A stretch of 64,000 nucleotides of DNA, taken from the NCBI GenBank assembly GCA_028023455.1, contig JAQFVV010000006.1, positions 8,618,001 to 8,682,000 of the forward strand. Reading direction: 5' to 3'. The position numbers were made by a program, and so were the translations under genes. Below, in pieces: positions 61,201 to 64,000 of this stretch. The stretch comes from Epiperipatus broadwayi. Taxonomy: Eukaryota > Animalia > Onychophora. How positions within the stretch are numbered: the first letter of the stretch is position 1; the number at the start of each line of letters is the position of its first letter. A model generated the notes under the pieces. The model did no database searches, was not told where the DNA came from, and saw nothing but the letters and a program-made list of their open reading frames with translations.

Positions 61201-63464
61201 ATGCATTTAAGAGTAATTTGTTCCAAACTTATGAAATAAAACAAAATTGCCTTTTATACAACTATTTAAATAGGAAAAATGTTATACAAAATTAAAAATA
61301 CATATGAAATTTACCGATTTTTAGTACTAAAGTTTTTTTTTTTAATTTACCATAGCTAAATATGACAAATAAACTCGAAAGTGAATAGTATTATTTTTAA
61401 TTTTAATAAAAATTTATATTCCTAGCGAATTATGCATATGATGCACTGCCTTAAGGCATTAGTGTAATCTTTGATTTTATTTATGTTTCTTTCATACTTG
61501 CATTAATTAACTATCATAATTTTCTTATGCAGCTCTTGAGACTATGTTATTGATCTAATACAACTTTTGATTTTTCTATATACATGGCTTGCGTACCACA
61601 TTTATATGTATACATTGAAACTTTCTTATTGACTTAATTTTATCATATCATTGATTTCTTTTGTATCTACTCTAAGGTGTAAATAAAGTTTAAATTTTGA
61701 AAGTAAAAATTAAACCGTAGTAAAAATAATATTCAGAAAAATATTTTTTAAAAAATTGTTTTTGTACAGTACTTTACTACTAAAATTGAAAAGTAAATGA
61801 TCAAGTGAATGTTGTTATAAAAAACTGCAACGCGACAAAATATTCTAGAAAGATCTTACATTTTGCACTATTCATCAATAGTATTCATTATAGCATTTGT
61901 GTTTATTGATTTGCCATTCTCTATATAATTTTCTCTGACACATTTCCTGCTTTGAGAATATTTTATATATTCAGCAGAATAATTGTAAAATAAAAATATG
62001 CATGTTATTTTTATAAATAAAAAAAAACGATGCAAATAACAGACACAGCAAATGATTTTACGAATTTTACAAAAAATAAAACAAATGTTTAGTAATGTTT
62101 TTAATTTAAAATATGTTTAACTACATTAAGTTTAACATTTTAATAATATACATGCATTAATATATATTATTGAGAAAATAAATTTAATACAGTATAATTC
62201 TGTTCTGTATCTCGTTATTTAATATGGCAATTGCACTGATATTTATATATCAACAGGCTTTTGAAACATTTGAATTAATTGAATTAAATTGGTAATACGG
62301 TAATGTATTGCTTGTTGTATTTTTAAAATTAATTAACATGCACATTTATTATGGAAAATAAATTTAAAAACAGCATAAAACTATTTCATAGAGTGTATTT
62401 ATCTAATGTTTGTTAATATAATATTGGTTTATACCTAGAGATTGGAGGGCCTTGAAAAATGAAAACAGTAATTTGAATTAATTAAAACTAAATGATAGTT
62501 AAACCTTACATACTATGACATTTAGGTCTGATAGTTTACCCAAATTGGGAGAACTATGAAATATCATTTGTGCACTTGTTATGTCAGCCATAACATTTAT
62601 TGTATATTTTTGGATTCATTGTCCAGTTTTTAATAAGCATAGTGTTGCATGAATCATATATTATGTAGGACCCCAATAAAAAATATTTGCGAGAAAATGA
62701 AAGGATTATAGTGAAAAGACAAGATTAGCAATTTGGGGGTGATAATAATAATTAATAATTGGATTGAACATGTTCCTCGATGTTAGAAAATTAGGAATGG
62801 TGTTGAATGTGACTATGGAAAGTAAAACAAACAGATGGGAGAAGAAAAAATTGGTAGATGACAATAAGGAGTTGAGTATTACCAATGGATAGAATGGTTA
62901 TGCAACTGGTCTTATTTGTGTTCACAGATGTTTTCTTGTGACAGATAATAAATTTAATAATGTAATAGTAATGATAATTATATATTCACATTGTTATCAT
63001 TAAATTTTCTTCATTTATAAATAAAGAAATAATATATCCATATTCGCACTATTATAAAAGTTTGTAAATCAAATATGCATATATTAAATATTTGAAATAT
63101 TTAGTAAAAGTTTTATCAAAAAGTCTATGTTTTTTTTATATATTCTAATTCATATTTGTCATATTCTGATTTGTTATTTCCAACTCTTTGTATATCATCC
63201 TACATTTTTATTGGTGATAACTTTTTGCATTTTTATTTCCGTATACTTTAAAATCAGAATTATTTATGACTATTATAGTCTACTTGTAAACTTTTGCATT
63301 ATTTATATTTTAAATCATATGCTTTATATGTGTGGCTTGAAAAGTAAAATCAATATATAATTTTTTTGGCAATATTTTTTTGCACCATTTCTGAACTTTA
63401 ATCTCATTGTTGTTGTACATTGACTTTTACTAGCTTCTTGGTATTTTAATTTCTTGATTTAAAC

Positions 63465-63790
63465 AGGCGAAACTGTCCATACAGTAGTGCCACTCATTGC
63501 AAGCCAAAGTAATCAATGGATGCCAGGAAGGCTTGTACATAAAATTCCTATCTTGTGCCTACTCATCCAATATCTCCCAGACTAGTTTCTAGCTTGTGGC
63601 TTTCAACAGTGAGTAACGTTGGATCTGAGAGCACTTCATCTAGATCTTTGGATCTAATGCAACCCTCCAAGAGCCACCTTTTATCTCTACTTAACTACAA
63701 AACTATGAGAATAATATGAAAACACAATATTTTCAATCCAAACTCATTAGCTTATATAGCCTTATAATCATAAGAAAAGGTGATCATGTG
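63465..63790 (-). mobile_element. Family A copy A7 (longest copy)
   Basis: Minus 63615-63574: TACTCA CTGTTGA AAGC CACAA GCTA GAAAC TAGTC TGGGAG; both flanks match the other copies. Confidence 0.78.
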
Positions 63791-64000
63791 ATGTTTAATG
63801 GTTTAATTTCTTGACTTACATTTAAACTTCTGTGTTTTTGCATAATGTTAGTTCTAAGTTATTTCTTTTCTACAGAAAAAAATATTTTTTTGCCAAACAT
63901 TTTTGTCTTTCATTAAATCTACATATATTGAAGAATAGGAAGTAACCATATATATTAGTCTTTCATTTTTGTAGTATAATCCACAAGTATTTTAATTTTA

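Noticed and set aside
452-63360. Most short ORFs in the supplied track
   Set aside because: They are AT-rich, low-complexity, start at TTG/ATG by chance, or are antisense to LINE or transposase relics; no recognisable domains.
63455-63480. GGC GAAAC T GTC on the strand opposite the family A ribozyme (second hammerhead?)
   Set aside because: No upstream core or stem II partner in any copy; other copies read GAAACTCTC or AAAACTC.

Overview
Very AT-rich animal (insect-like) genomic DNA. The window lies inside one large-intron gene on the + strand, Mediator subunit 13 (MED13/skuld). Six coding exons splice in frame: 12519-12602, 12889-13031, 20024-20203, 24124-24502, 34213-34302 and 45042-45815. 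The N-terminal and downstream exons were not found in the window. The introns are full of mobile-element relics: two RTE-clade LINE copies with intact 5' ends plus more decayed LINE fragments, a Tigger/pogo transposase relic, a Tigger deletion derivative, a mariner relic, two hAT MITEs with 8-bp TSDs and two tRNA-Gly-derived retroposons. The most striking feature is a dense set of self-cleaving ribozyme motifs, all identified by manual pairing only. (i) An HDV-like ribozyme fold sits at the 5' end of both RTE copies. (ii) Three families of minimal type I hammerhead ribozymes (A, B, C; about 16 recognisable copies, mostly decayed) almost always sit in local inverted duplications, as expected for Penelope-like element (PLE) activity. 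(iii) A 355-360 bp tandem array at 48.4-49.5 kb carries one hammerhead per complete unit, and its truncation/inversion junctions fall at the predicted cleavage site, the architecture of a non-LTR retrozyme. These element classes are known. Whether these particular families are described cannot be checked from the sequence alone, and no activity is demonstrated.
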